Assembly: GCF_009914755.1 (NCBI RefSeq)
Contig: NC_060927.1
Strand: one strand, 5' to 3'
DNA: 64,000 bases
Source: the human T2T-CHM13v2.0 reference genome, Homo sapiens
The position numbers and the translations under genes were made by a program. The stretch's first letter is position 1. Each line of letters opens with the position of its first letter. The notes under the pieces were generated by a model, which had not been told where the DNA came from, did no database searches, and worked only from the letters and a program-made list of their open reading frames with translations. Below, piece by piece: positions 1 through 13,700 of this stretch.

Positions 1-1295
1 TGAAAAGACAAGCCACTAAGTGGTAGAAAATATTTGCAAAAGACATACCTGACAAAGGACCACCATTCAAAATATATTAAAAAAAACCCTCAAAAACTCA
101 ACAACGAGAGAACACCACAATTAAAAAACAGGCCTTTAGCCAGGCGTGGTGGCAGGTGCCTGTAATCTCAGCTACTCGGGAGGCTGGGGCAGGAGAATCG
201 TGTGAACCTGGGAGCAGGAGGCTGTGGTGAGTCAAGATAGCGCACCTCACTCCAACCTGAGTGACAGAGAGAGATTCTGTCTCAAAAAAAAAAAAAAAAA
301 AATAGGCCAAAGACCTTAACACACACTTTATCAAATAATATTTACAGATGACAAATGAGCATATTAAAATATGTTCCACATCATAGATCAACAGGATAAT
401 GCAAATTAGAACAACAATGAGATATCACCCCACAGTATTATAGTAACCACAGTCCAGACCACTGACAACACCAAATGGTGTCAATGATGTGAAATGATGG
501 AAACTCTCACTTATTGTTGGTGAGGATGCAAAATGGTATAGCCACTTTGAAAGACAGTTAAATAGTTTATTATAAAATTAAACATAGCTTTACCATATGA
601 TCCACCAATTTTATCCTTGGTTTTTACCCAAAGGAGGTGAAAACCATATTGTACAAAAACCTGCACAGAACATATATAGCAACTTTATTCATAATTGCCA
701 AAACTTGGAAGCAACCAAGATGCCCTTAATTAGGTGAATAAACTGGTATATCCAGACAATGGAATACTATTTAGTGGTAACAAAGATAAACTATCAAGCC
801 ATGAGAAGACATAAAGGAAACATAAATGCTTATTATGAAGTGAATCAAGTCACTCTGAAATTGCTCCATGCTGTATTATTCCAAATATATGACACTCTGA
901 AAAAGCACAAAACTGTGGAGACTGAAAAATCTGTGGTTTCCAGGTATAAGGGGAAGACGGAGGATGACCAATTGGAGCATGAAGGATTTTCAGAGCAATG
1001 AAACTATTTTTTATGATATGTTAATGGTGATACAAGTCTTTAAACATTAGTCCAAAGCCAGAGACTATACTACACCAATCATAAACTCTCATGTAAATAA
1101 TGGGCTTTGGATGATAACGGTGTGTTGATGTACATTCTCCAGTGGTAGCAAATGTAACACTCTGGTAGGGGATATTAATCATGGGGAAAATATACATGTG
1201 TAAGGGCAGACAGCATATTGGAAATCTTTGAACCTTCCTCTCAGTTTTGCTGTGAAAATAAAATGCCCTATACAATGAATTCTATTTTTAAAAAT
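1..1295 (+). mobile_element. Old LINE-1 3' end (ORF2 C-terminus and 3'UTR), L1MC1/L1MC2-like, interrupted by a half Alu
   Basis: Degenerate ORF2 tail (ggtatagccactttgaaagacag; aaacttggaagcaaccaagatgccc) followed by L1MC-type 3'UTR (gaaactattttttatgat...gtaacactctggtaggggatatt...ctcagttttgctgtgaaaataaaa). Confidence 0.8.
135..302 (+). mobile_element. 5'-truncated Alu (right monomer only) with poly(A)
   Basis: tagccaggcgtggtggcaggtgcctgtaatc...gattctgtctc followed by A19; TSD aaaaaacaggcc (123-134) / aaaaaataggcc (297-308). Confidence 0.93.
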
Positions 1296-1644
1296 CTCAA
1301 AGATTACAGGACCAGTATACATGTAACTGGATAATCTGACTTAATAAGTAAAGTTGTTTGCATTCTGAGGTGGCATACCCTATATTAACTGATCTCCTGT
1401 TGCACCTACATGTTGCAGTGTTGTAAAAGTTTCTATCCAAAAACTCATAATTGAAAATCTCAATTTTTCAAAGCCTAGATATAAGAAAGCAATTTTTTGA
1501 CAGAAGTATTTTGTTCCCTCCTTCCTAAAAATTTTATTCCTTAATTATTGTTTATTGTCTAACACATTCCTCACTACAGTAGGACTATGAGTGTAATATT
1601 AATTTTTTTTTTGAAAAAAGAGAATAAAACAACAGGAGGGGACA

Positions 1645-1833
1645 GAGTGCATAGTGATTAAGAGCATTGACAATGGCTTAGTCCATGACTCTGTGACTAA
1701 TGCACATTGTGTCTCAGTTTCCTAGGTTACAAATAGGAGACACTGAAAATAACTACCTTAAAGGATTGACTTTTATGTAAAACTGCCTAGACCAGTACCT
1801 GGGATTGAAAACTGTGTAAGTGTTAATTATTAC
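1645..1833 (+). mobile_element. MIR SINE fragment
   Basis: catagtgattaagagcat...tctcagtttcct...aaataactacct...tgcctagaccagtacctgg resembles the MIR core and 3' end. Confidence 0.65.
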
Positions 1834-2139
1834 TAACCAAGAAAATTCCTACACAATGAATCCAATATAACATAGAAAGAATATGTCCAACATTTTTCAA
1901 ATATTGTCCAAAAAAAATGACCCTTTCTAAACTCTTCACCTTTTCACATTGGACATACCTAGTTGTGTCAGCTACTTATCATAGAAGAGAGTTTTAAGTA
2001 TCTGAAACAGCTTAGCTGTCATTTCTCCATATACATTTATGTACATTTCACAACTTAAAATGTGAGCACTAAAACTGAAAAGAAAAAAACCTATAGGTAG
2101 TTGTAGTCTGAATGGAGAAGACACTGATATCATTATCTC

Positions 2140-2470
2140 TACTTTATTCATTTATCCATGTATTTATTTATTCAATCAGTCTGAACTGAGTGCTCACTGT
2201 ATGCTAAGCACTGACATAGGAGTAGAGGTAAAAAGATTTATTAGAATGAACCACCAGTCATCTGGAGAGACCATTGTCGGAATGAAAATGTTTCAGATAA
2301 CCCCTGTATTTTCAAAGAAGAGAAAGAATAGCCTTGGCCAATATAGTGGTTGGAGTCCAGACTTAAAAGAAAAGTGTGCCTTAGGAAACAGCAGTCTCAA
2401 AGAGGGAAGACGATGTTCAATAAGGCAAAAGGGAACCGTAAGGTATTTCTCTTGAAGTTGATATTGAACT
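2140..2470 (-). mobile_element. L2 3'-end fragment
   Basis: ttcatttatccatgtatttatttattcaa...gagtgctcactgtatgctaagcactg is the reverse-complement L2 tail. Confidence 0.55.
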
Positions 2471-3795
2471 TAAATTGGATTCTATGACTGTGGATGATAA
2501 CCACAAACATGAGGCTAAAGTCTTCCATGATAAATGTGCTTTCAGGTGGAGGCTAGTTAGTTTCCGAGGACAATTTATTTTGTTTGAATATTCAGTTTCT
2601 TATTCTGGTCAGGGGAATGGATTACCTTTTTTTCCATATTGAAATGGCTTGGAGAAAGAAGGTAATATATTATTTCAACACAATAGGAAGATGTTTATTA
2701 TTAATGTCGCATTGCATTCATCCATTACGTTTATGGGGTCAACAGCAAGAGGACAAATTATGTGTAAGAGTTATATATATATATGTGCATGCATATAAAA
2801 AAATTATTAAAATATGCTCTCTCATCTGCCTGTTGTAATTATACCTTCACACAAGTAAAATAAGGAAATTATGTAAAAGGCTATAATATTTATATGAACA
2901 AAACCCAGCAAAATACCAGAGACCATTTAATTTATTATTTATGTTGCATGTTTGTTTCACTAAAAAGACAGCAATACTTGAATGAATAATAAAATAAAGA
3001 TAATATATTATTATATAATTATTTAATAACATATTTTGTCCTCACAGTAGTACATTCTTTGTTATAGTAAGAATGTTTATAGTTTGTGTCCTACCAAAAG
3101 TAAATTTCTAAGAAATAAAAATAAATTTACTTGAAAATGTACAAATTTGTATAGATTTTTACAAAAGTATAGATTAAAGTAAGTGTAAAATTCAAACTCT
3201 TCAAAATTCTACTGGTCAATATTTATCTTGTTACTGATATAAATTATTGATATCATGAGATCAAAATTTCACCTAAAACTATACATATACTTTTATAGTA
3301 AGGAGGGATTATTTAATATTACAATAGGGTTTCAATCACCATGTGCAATTATTCTGAATACTGTGTAATTCTGGAGTATCACTGGAACCATGAATTAAAA
3401 TAAAAGTGAAGAAAGAAAAATGTTGCTCAGTGCTGCTTGGTGATGATACTTGGTTATGCAGGAATCTGTGGCAGCATTCATGCTGTGAAGAAGAATTTGA
3501 CAAGTTAATTAGTCTTTTCTCTTACCTAAATGCTTGTGCTGCTCAGATTGTCTCCACACTCTGTCACAGGGCATTCTGGAGTGTAGGCAGCAGCACAATG
3601 TACATTTTTTTTTTTTTAATATTCAGACATCCTTTATTTCAAGGACAGGGGCAAGGGATGCAGTAAAGCATTACCTCACTTCCAGAAAGGCATCTCTCAC
3701 AGGGGCAGGTATTTAGGGTTATGGTCCCACAATGCCAACACTAACCATTGATTCCCAAGTGACAGAAGTACCCACGTATACTTTATAAAATTATT

Positions 3796-3834
3796 TGTGT
3801 GTGTATGTGTGTGTGTGTGTCTGTGTGTCTGTGT
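3796..3834. repeat. Imperfect (TG)n microsatellite
   Basis: tgtgtgtgtatgtgtgtgtgtgtgtctgtgtgtctgtgt read directly. Confidence 0.9.
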
Positions 3835-4059
3835 ATCTCCGTGTAGTTATAAACGGTGGGTCCTCTAATGTACCAGCCAAGATCAGAGGCCTCTTCTGCC
3901 CTGGTATAAAGGAGATATTCACTGAGGTATATGTAAAGAGCGTTGAAATCACATAAAAAGGTATAACTATTCTGGTTTGGGGGAAAGAAAGAAAGATACA
4001 TAATTATTTCTTAGAAGTAATATAACTTCGGATGAGTTTGGAGCATGAGAGTAAAGTAT

Positions 4060-4822
4060 TGTTACCGAACCAAACTGGAGTCTGCTCCTCTAGCATAGCA
4101 ATGCCAGACACTGACATCAGAATTGCAGTCAGAGAAAGTTTTTGCAGGGCACAAAGCAAGGAGAATCAGGAAGCTAATGCTTAAGACCTGAACTCCCCAA
4201 TGGCTTATTGTTAAGGGTTTTTAAAGATGGGAAGGCAGAGGTGACAGGCAAAGTCATAAATCAATACTTACAGGCTATCCATTGCTTTGACCTGAAGAGG
4301 TAAGATATCTTGAAATGGGGACCCATGGGTTATAGATGGATTCAAAGATTTTCTAATTTGCAACTGGTTCAGGAGGTGAAGTTTTGTTTAAAAAATTTGA
4401 GATGATCAGAAAAAAAAATGTTATTTCTGGGGTATGACCTCCTCTAGGTCCCTGAGAAAGGAATTTAGTATTCAGGAAAGAATGACAATCTGAGTTCAGT
4501 CCTCAGTTTCCCCTTATCTGAGGTCTATGTTCCAGTGGATTCCTTTGCTGGGGGTCCAGCTTTCTGAAAAAAAAAGAGAAAAATCTGAGGGATCTATTTT
4601 AAAATGTTACCTTTAGCTTCTGCAGAAGAACAAAACATCCTGTGATTCTAACTTCTTTGGCTATTCTTTTAAGCAACTATTACCTTATTACTTATTAGGT
4701 AGCTTATTTGCTTTTCAGGCATGCTAGGTGCCTGAAATTTCTCTTAAAGGAGCTCAAGGTTTTCATTATTTCCATGTTTGGAGGGCCTCCAGGTCCCTAA
4801 GAGATGTCCCTGTTCCACCTAA
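4060..4822 (-). mobile_element. ERV1 (MER4-group) solo LTR, MER67-like
   Basis: Left end tgttaccgaaccaaactgg; minus strand reads agggacatctcttagggacc...catggaaataatgaaaaccttgagctcctttaagagaaatttcaggcacctagc, similar to MER67C. Confidence 0.7.
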
Positions 4823-4866
4823 TTATCTACAGAACTGCACAAACAATATATAATATATTTACTAAA

Positions 4867-5202
4867 CGACTGCCCCCAGCTTTGTTGGCACCAGGGACCA
4901 GTTTCATTGAAGACAATTTTTCCACTGACTGAATGGAGGGGATGATTTCAGGATGAAATTGTTCCACCTCAGATCATCAGGCATTAGAGTCTCATAAGGA
5001 GCACACAATCTAGATCCCTCGCATACACTGTTTACAATAGGGTTCTTGCTCCTATGAGAATCTAATGCTGCCACTGATCTTTCAGGGGGCAGAGCTCATG
5101 TGGCAATGTCCACTCACCTGCCCCTCACCTCATGCAGTGTGACCCAGTTCCTAATAGGCCTCAAAACAGTAAAGATCTGTGGCCCAGGGGTTGGAGACCC
5201 CT
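4867..5202 (-). mobile_element. MER1B hAT-Charlie non-autonomous DNA transposon
   Basis: ggcaccagggaccagtttcattgaagacaatttttccac...gttccacctcagatcatcaggcattaga...gggttggagacccct; imperfect 8-bp TSD ttactaaa/ctactaga. Confidence 0.88.
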
Positions 5203-5414
5203 CTACTAGACAATCTTTGCCTCCGAGGATTTCATTAGCTCTTTTCAGAGCCACATGACACTATTTACTTAGATAATTGATCTTATAGTAAATCAAACTT
5301 TAAATTTATTATACATGTAAGAGATTCATAGATGCTATATTCGAATGGTAATATGTATAAATATACACACTGGCTATATGTAAATACAAAGAAAAAATAA
5401 AGATTTAGTCCAAT

Positions 5415-5844
5415 ACAATGATTTGCATGTGTCCTCCAAAGTTTATAGGTTGGAAACTTAATCTTCAATGCAGCAACATTGAGAGGTGGAAGCTTTAAGA
5501 AATGATTAGGTCATGGGTGCCCTGCCCTCATGAATGGATTAATACTGTTATTGCAGTAATTGGTTAGTTATTGCAGGAGTGGGTTTCTGAAAAAAGGATA
5601 AATTTGGTTGACCCCCCTTCTCTCTCTCTCTCTCTCCACCCCCCATCTCTCTCTCTGCCATGCATCATCTTTTTCTCTTCCACCTGTTCAATGTGGGATA
5701 ATGCTGCAAGAAGATCCCGCAAGGTGTGGCTCCTTAATCTTAGACTTCTCAGCCTCCAAAACCATGAATCAAATAAATTTATCTTTATTATAAATTACCC
5801 AATTTCAGGTATTCTGTTACAGTAGCACAAAATAGACTAAGACG
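5415..5844 (+). mobile_element. MaLR solo LTR (MSTD-like)
   Basis: gttggaaacttaatcttcaatgc...ccctcatgaatggattaat...ataaattacccaatttcaggtattctgttacagtagcacaaaatagactaagac. Confidence 0.82.
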
Positions 5845-8147
5845 TTTAACCTATGTAGTTTAAAGATTAGTACATTTAATTTTAGATAAATGAATAGATT
5901 CACAAAAGATTCTCCAGAAAATTAATGCCATGATAATGGCAAAGTCTGGATCCTCTTAACTCTTAAGTCCAAAACCTCTATTCAGTTCACAATTATATTA
6001 TTATTTAAAGAATAAAAATATCTTGGAAAGCAATTTTTACAAGTGTACAATAATTAATATGCTACATGTACTATGTAGGTAACATCTGTGATATATTGTC
6101 CTCATTTCTAATAAGTTGATATGTTGTCTATTATTTATTATACATCATTTGTGATCAAACACTTTAAGGAACAATGACAAAAGCTAACAGAAAAAAAAAA
6201 GCTGCAACAAGGCAAAACTGCTGAAAGCAGTGCTATGAGCAGATCTCAAAAGAAACCAAAAAAGAGAGTAAATGAAAATCAGGAAAAAAATTAACTGAAG
6301 AGCTAGAAATACTCCAGTACCCAGAGAAGATGCTGTTATAAGCTTGGGGAGATATAATTCCTTAAAAAGTGTACCTTTGATAATATATATTACATTATAA
6401 GGAACAATGTGTACATTTGTCAAGAAAATATAGTTAAAATTTTTAAACAGTTACAATTTTTCTTCAAAATTTCCATGCCAAAACTATGAGAACATCAAAG
6501 CTAACGTAAAGCAAAATTAGAATCAAACTCTGTCATTGATTTGAAGCCAAGATGGCCAACTAGACATGGAAAGGAAGAGCTTTTTGCATCAATAGGCTAG
6601 ACTGTCAGAAAGACTAGCACACTACTTAGATATCTTCAGAAAAAATGACATTGATAGTGGGCCAATGGAGGACTCAGAAATAACTGAAAGGGGAGGATGC
6701 TGGGAGTCTTGCACAGGGTTGTCAAGCACCAGAATTCATTTGTGTCCTTGAGTAGCTCCTAGTGAATGGGTGAATGAAAGAGGTGTGGAGTGGCCAACTC
6801 TTGCCATGGACTTGAGAATCTTAGCTGCAGGAAACCACACTTAGCTGAACATTTGAGCTGGCAGCAAGAACCTCCAGGAGAGTTGGCAGAGACAGAATTC
6901 CAGGCTACATGGAACCCAGAGAGTTTGGCACAGGAACAGGTTAGTGTTTTTTAATCAACTCAGCCAAACAAAAATAAAGAAAACAAAAGTTTAATGAAGA
7001 AAACCTCTGAGAAATATGGGATTATATAAAATGACCAAACCTGGGAGTTATTGGCACCCCAGAAAGGGAGGGAGAAAGAGGAAGCAATCTGGAAAACATA
7101 TTTGAGGATGTTGCTCAAGAAAATTTTCTCAACCTCACTGGAGAGGTTGACATATAAATTCAGGAAATTTATAGAACCACAGTAAGATACTATACAACGC
7201 AATCATCCCCAAGACACAAAGTAATCAGATTCTCCAAGGCTAATGTAAACAAAAATATTGAAAGCAGTGAGAGAGAAGGAGCAGAACATATACAAAGGGA
7301 GCCCCTTCAGACTAAAGGTAGACCTTTTAGCAGATACCTTACCAGACAGAAGAAACTGGGGGCCTATATTCAGCATCCTCAAAGAAAAGAAATTCCAATG
7401 AAGAATTCCATTTCCAGCCAAACTAAGGGTCATAAGCAAAGGAGAAATAAAATCTTTTTAAGACAAGCAAATGCTAAGGGAATTATTTACCAACAGACCT
7501 GCCTACAAGAGATCCCGAAGGGAGAGATAAACATAGAAGTGAAAGACTGTTATCTGCCACCACAAAAACACACTTAAGTACATAGCCCACTGATGCTATA
7601 AAACAATTATGCAATGCAGTCAACATAACAATCAGCTAGCAACATGAGGATAGGATCAAATTCTCACATATCAATAATAACCTTGAATGTAAACAGGGTA
7701 AACACCCCACTTGAAAGACACAGAGTGGCAAGTTGGATAAAGAAGCAAGACCCAACTGTTTGCTGTCTTTGAGAGACCCATCTCACATGCAGTGGCACCC
7801 ACAGGCCTAAGAAAAGTGATAGAGAAAAATCTATCAAGCAAACAAAAAATAAAAAAGGAATAATTGCTACTCTTATTGGACACAAAAGAGACTTTAAATC
7901 AATAATAATCAGAAAGGACAAAGAAGGGAATTACATAATAATAAAGAATTCAACACCACAGGAAGACTTAACTGTCATAACTATATGCACCCAACAGTGG
8001 AGCATATAGATTCATAAAGCAATATTTAGAGACCTACAAAGAAACTTATATAGCTACACAATAATAGTGAGAGACTTTAAAATTCCATTAACAGGATTCA
8101 TTAAGCCAGAAAACTAACAAAGATATTAAGGAAATAAATCTGACACT

Positions 8148-10730
8148 TGTATTACTCCATTTTCATGCTGCTGATAAAGACATACCCGAGACTGGGAAGA
8201 AAAAGAGGTTTAATTGGACTTACAGTTCTACATGGCTGGGGAGGCCTCAGAATCATAGCGGGAGGCAAAAGACGCTTCTTACATGGTGGCCACAAGAGAA
8301 AAATTAGGAAGAAGAAAAAGTGGAAATCCTGGTAAACCCATCAGATGCCATGAGACTTATCTGCTGTCACAAAAATAGCACAGGAAAGATGGGCCCCCAG
8401 GATTCAATTACCTCCCCCAGGTCCCTACCACAACATGTGGGAATTCTGGGGGATAAAATTCAAGTTCAGATTTGGGTGGGGACACAGATAAACTATATCA
8501 TTCCACGCCTGGCCTCTCCAAATCTCGTTTTCACATTTCAAAACTAATCATGCATTCCCAACAGTCCCCCAAACTATTAACTCATTTCAGCATTAACCCA
8601 GAAGTCCACAGTTCAAAGTCTCATCTGAGAAAAGCCAAGTCCCTCCCACCTTTGAGCCTGTAAAATCAAAAGCAAGCTTGTTACTTCCTAGTTACAATGG
8701 GACTACAGGTATTGGGTAAATACAGCTGTTCCAAATAGGATACATTGGCCAAAACAAAGGGGTTGCAGGGCCCATGCAAGTCTGAAATCTAGCAGGGTAG
8801 TCAAATTTTAAAGCTCCAAAACGATCTCCTTTGATTCCAGGTCACACGGATACAAGAGATGGATTCTGACAGTCTTGGGAAGCTCCACCTCTGTGGCTTT
8901 GCAAGGTATAGCCTCCCTCCCAGCCTCTTTCATGGGCTGGCATTGAGTGTCTGTGGCTTTTCCAGGCAAACTGTGCAAACTTTCGGTGAATCTACCATTC
9001 TGGGATCTGGAGGATGGTGGCATTCTTCTCACAGCTCCAAAAGGCAGTGCCCCATTGGGGACTCTGACATTTCCCTTCTGCACTGTCCTAGCAGAGGTTA
9101 TCCATGAGGGCCTCATCCCTGCAGCAAAATTTTGCCTGCATGTCCAGGCAATTACACACATCTTCTGAAATCTAGATGGAGGTTCCCAAACCTCATTTCC
9201 TGACTTCTGTGCACCCACAGGCTCAACACCACATGGAAGCTTCCAAGGCTTGGGGCTTCCACCCTCTGAAGCCACAGCCTGACCTGTATTTTGGCTCCTT
9301 TCAGCCATGGCTGGAGCAGCTGGGACACAGGGAACCAGTCCTTAGACTGCATACAGTACAGGGACCCTGGGCCTGGCCCACAAAACCACTTTTTCCTCCT
9401 GGATATCTGGGCCTGTGATGGGAGGGGCTGTGGTGAAGTTCTCTGACATGACCTGGAGATGTTTTCCCCATGGTCTTGGGATTAACATTAGGGCCCTTGC
9501 TACTTGTGCAGATTTCTGCAGCCCACTTGAATTACTCCACAGAAAATGTTTTTTTCTTTTCTATCGCATAGTCAGGCTGCAAATTTTACAAACTTTTATG
9601 CTCTGCTTCCCTTATAGAACTGAATGCCTTTAACAGTACCCAAGTCACCTCTTGAATGCTTTGCTGCTTACAAATTATTTCCAACAGGGCTGGGTGCAGT
9701 GGCTCACTCCTGTAATCCCATCACTTTGGGAGCCTAAGGCAGGCAGATCATGAGTTCAGGATATCGAGACCATCTTGGCCAACAACGTGAAACCCTGTCT
9801 CTACTAAAATACAAAAAATTTTCAGGGTATGATGGTGGGCACCTGTAGTCCCAGCTACTCAGGAGGCTGAGGCAGGGGAATCACTTAAACCAGGGGATCA
9901 GAGGTTGCAGTGAGTCGAGATTGCACCACTGCACTGCAGCCTGGCGACAGAACAAGACTATATCTCAAAAAAAAAATAAAAAATAAAAAGAGAAAGAGAG
10001 AAAGAAAGAAATTATTTCCACCAGATAACCTAAATCATCTTTCTCATATTCAAAGTTCCACAAATCTGAAAGGCAGAGGCAAAATGCTGCCAGTCTCTTT
10101 GCTAAAACATGATCAGTCACCTCTACTCCAGTTCCCAACAAGTTTCTCATCTGTATTTGAGACCACCTCAGCCTAGACCTTATTGTCCATATCGCTGTCA
10201 GCATTTTCTGCAAAGCCATTCAACAAATCTCTAGTAAGTTCCAAACTTTCCCACATTTTCCTATCTTCTTCTGAACCCTCCAAACTGTTCCCACCTCTGC
10301 CTATTACCCAGTTCCAAAGTTACTTCCTTGTTTTGGGGTATCTTTTCAGCAACACCCCAGTCTACTGGTACCGAGTTACTGTATTAGTTCGTTTTCACAC
10401 TGCTAATAAAGACATACCCAAGACTGGGAAGGAAAAGAGGTTTAATTGGACTTAAAATTTCACATGGCGGGGGAGGCCTCAGAATCATGGCAGGAGATGA
10501 AATGCAGTTCTTATATGGCGGTGGCAAGAGAAAATGAGGAAGATGCAAAAGCAGAAACCCCTGATAAACCCATCAGATATCTTGAGACTTACTCATTATC
10601 ACAAGAATAGCATGGGAAAGGCCCCCATGATTCAATTACCTCTCCCTCGGGTGGCTCCAACAACACTTGGGAATTCTGGGGGATACAATTTATATTGAGA
10701 TTTGGGTGGGACCACATCCAAACCATATCA
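8148..10730 (-). mobile_element. Full THE1A MaLR provirus (LTR 8148-8500, internal 8501-10379, LTR 10380-10730)
   Basis: Two ~350-bp LTRs tgtatta...atatca with the THE1A-type aaaagaggtttaattggactta; THE1-int between them; 5-bp TSD acact (8143-8147) / acgct (10731-10735). Confidence 0.93.
9688..10008 (+). mobile_element. AluSc inserted in the THE1A internal region
   Basis: Full dimer; AluSc-like gatcatgag..atcgagaccatc and cctggcgacag; TSD aaattatttccaacag (9672-9687) / aaattatttccaccag (10009-10024). Confidence 0.92.
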
Positions 10731-13700
10731 ACGCTTGACCAAATGGACTGAACAGACATCTGCAGAACACTCCACCCAACAACAGAATAGATGTTGTTCT
10801 CATCTGCACATGGCACATATTCTAAGATTGATCACAAATTCAGCCATAAGGAAATTGTCAAAACATTACAAAAGAAAATTCAAAATTATACCAACCACAG
10901 TCTTGGAATACAGCACAATCAAAATAGAAATCAATACCAAGAAGATATTTGAAAACCATACAATTGTATGGGAATGAGGCAACCCACTCCTGAATGAGTT
11001 TTGGGTCAACAATAAAATTAAGACAAAAATCAACAAATTCTTTGAAACCAATAAAAGCAAAAATACAACCTACAAGAATCTCTGGGACATATTGAAAGCA
11101 AAGTTAAGAAGAATGTTTACAGTGCTAAATTACCATATCAAAAAGTTAGAAAGGTCTCAAATTAAACACTTAACATTAACCATAGAAGAACTAGAGAATC
11201 AAGAGCAAACCAACCCCAAAGCTAGCAGAAGAAAAGAAATACCCAAAATTAGAGCTTAATGGAATGAAAATGGAGACATGCAAATTCATACAGAATATCA
11301 ACCAAAACAAAAGTTGATTTTTTGAAATAATAAATAAGATTGTTAGACCACTAGCTAAACTAATACAGAAAAAAGACATAACATCCAAATAAAAATAACC
11401 AGAAATTAAGAAGTGGGCATTACCACTGACCCCACAGAAATATAAAGTACCCTCACAGACTATTATGAACACCTGTGTGCACACAAACTGGAAAGCCTAG
11501 CAAAAATGGACAGATTCCTGGAAACATGCAACCTCTCAATGTTGAACTGTGAAGAAATTGAATTCCTGACCAAACCAACTGGTTCTGAAATTGAATCACC
11601 AATAAAAAATCTACCAGCCAGAAAAAGCCCTGGACCAGATGTAGTCACAGCCAAATTCTATCAGACGTATAGAGAAGAACTGATACCAATCCTACTGAAA
11701 CCATTCACCAAAAAACAAGGAGGAAAGACTCCTCCCTAACTCATTCTATGTGGCCAGAATTATTCTGATACCAAAACCTGGCAGAAAGACAATGAAAGAA
11801 GAAAACTACAGGCCAGTAGCCCCCATGAACATAGACACAAAAATCCTCAACAAAGTACTAGCAAATAGAATTCAGCAACACATCAAAAAGTTAATCCACC
11901 ACAATCTGGTAGGCTTTATTCATAGGATGCAAGGTAGATTCAAAATACACAAATTAACAAATGTGATTAATCACATAAACAGAACTTTAAGTTTAGTTTT
12001 TGTTTTTAACAAATATGACATGATCATCTCAATAGATGCATAAAAGGCTTTGGACAAAATTCAACATGCCTTTATATTATAAGAAAACCTCAACAAACCA
12101 GGCATTAAAGGAACACACCTAGAAAAATAAGGGCTATCTATGACAAACCCACAGCCACATCATACCAAATAAACAAAAGCTGGAAGCATTCCGTTTGAGA
12201 ACCAGAAAACACAAGGATGTACACTCTCATTCCTATTCAACATAGTACTGGAAGTTCTAGCCAGAGCAATCAGAGAAGAGAAAAAAACGAAAGGCATCCA
12301 AATAGGAAGAGAGGAATTCAAACTATCTCTCTTGCCGAAGAAATGAGCCTGCAACTAGAAAACCCTACAGTTTCTGCTCAAAGACTCCTAGAGCTGATAA
12401 ACAACTTCATAAATTTTCAGGATACAAAATCAATGTACAAAAATTGTAGTATATCTATACACCAACAATGTCCAAGCTGAGAGCCAAATCAAGAATACAG
12501 CCCCATTAACAATAGCCCCCCAAAATAAAATAAAATACTTAGGAATACATCTAAACAGGGAGACAAAAGATCTCTACAATGAGAATTCCAAAATACTGCT
12601 GAAAGAAAGCAGAGACAACACAAATAAAAATATATTTATGCTGATGGATAGAAAGAATGGATATTGTTAAAATTGCCACATTGCCTAAAAGCAAATTATA
12701 AATTCAATGTTATTCCAAAGTATCAATGATTTATTTACAGAATTAGAAAAATATCTACTTTAAAATTCATATGAAACTAAAAATATTCAAATAGCCAAAG
12801 CAATTTTAAGCAAAAATAATAAAGCCTAAGTCATCACACTACCCAAATTCAAACAATACTACAAGGTTACAGTAACCAAAACAACATGGTACTAGTACAA
12901 AAACAGACATATAAACCAATAGAACATGTTAGAGAAGCCAGAAATAAAGCTGCACACCTGCAACCATATGGTCTTCAACAAAGTTAGCAATAACAAGCAA
13001 TGAGGAATGGAATCCCTTTTCAATAAATGGTACTGGGATAACTGGCTAGCCATATGCAGAAGATTGAAACTAGACCCTTTTCTTTCACGACATATAAAAA
13101 TCAATCCACCATGGATTAAATATATAAAATGTAAAACTATAAAAATCCTAGAAGAAAACCCAGGTAATACCCTGGACATAAATCCTGGAAAATATTTCAT
13201 GATTAAGACTCCAAAAGCAATTACAAAAATATGACAAATAGATGCCTATCAACAGTGGACTAAATAAAGAAATGTGGTACATACCCACAATTGAATAATA
13301 TGTAGCCATTAAAAAAAGAAATCATGTCCTTTGCAGCAGTATCAATGCAGCTGGGGGTGATAATCCTAAGCAAATGGACACAGGAATAGAAAACTAAATA
13401 CCATGTGTTCTCACTTATAAGTGGGAGCTAAATTTTGAGTACACGTGGACACAGAGGGATAGTGGACATAAGGACTTACTTGAGGGTGGGATGTAGAAGG
13501 GGGTTAGCAGTGAAAAACTATCTATTGGCTACTATGCTCAATTTTGGGGTAACAAAATAATATGTACACCAAATGCCAGTAACCTGTGATTTACCCATGT
13601 AACAAGCCTGTACATGTACTCCAAAACCAAAAGTAAAAGTTGGAAGAAAAAAAAGCCCATGGGCAAAATGATGTTTTCTAAAAAAAGACAAAACACTGTC

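Larger units (their letters stand above)
6538..13686 (+). mobile_element. L1PA15/16-like LINE-1 with both ends present and two internal deletions; split by THE1A
   Basis: 5'UTR start gccaagatggccaactag; ORF1 C-half from about 6950; ORF2 start about 7644 (…NSHISIITLNVN-like); RT fragments in ORFs 11506-12043; 3'UTR and A-tail to about 13654; TSD aaactctgtcatt (6525-6537) / aaacactgtcatt (13691-13703). Confidence 0.9.

Noticed and set aside
8808-9633. 166-aa and neighbouring ORFs, with similar ORFs at 27309-28276
   Set aside because: THE1 internal-region relic ORFs; similarity between the two loci reflects two THE1 insertions, not a duplicated gene.
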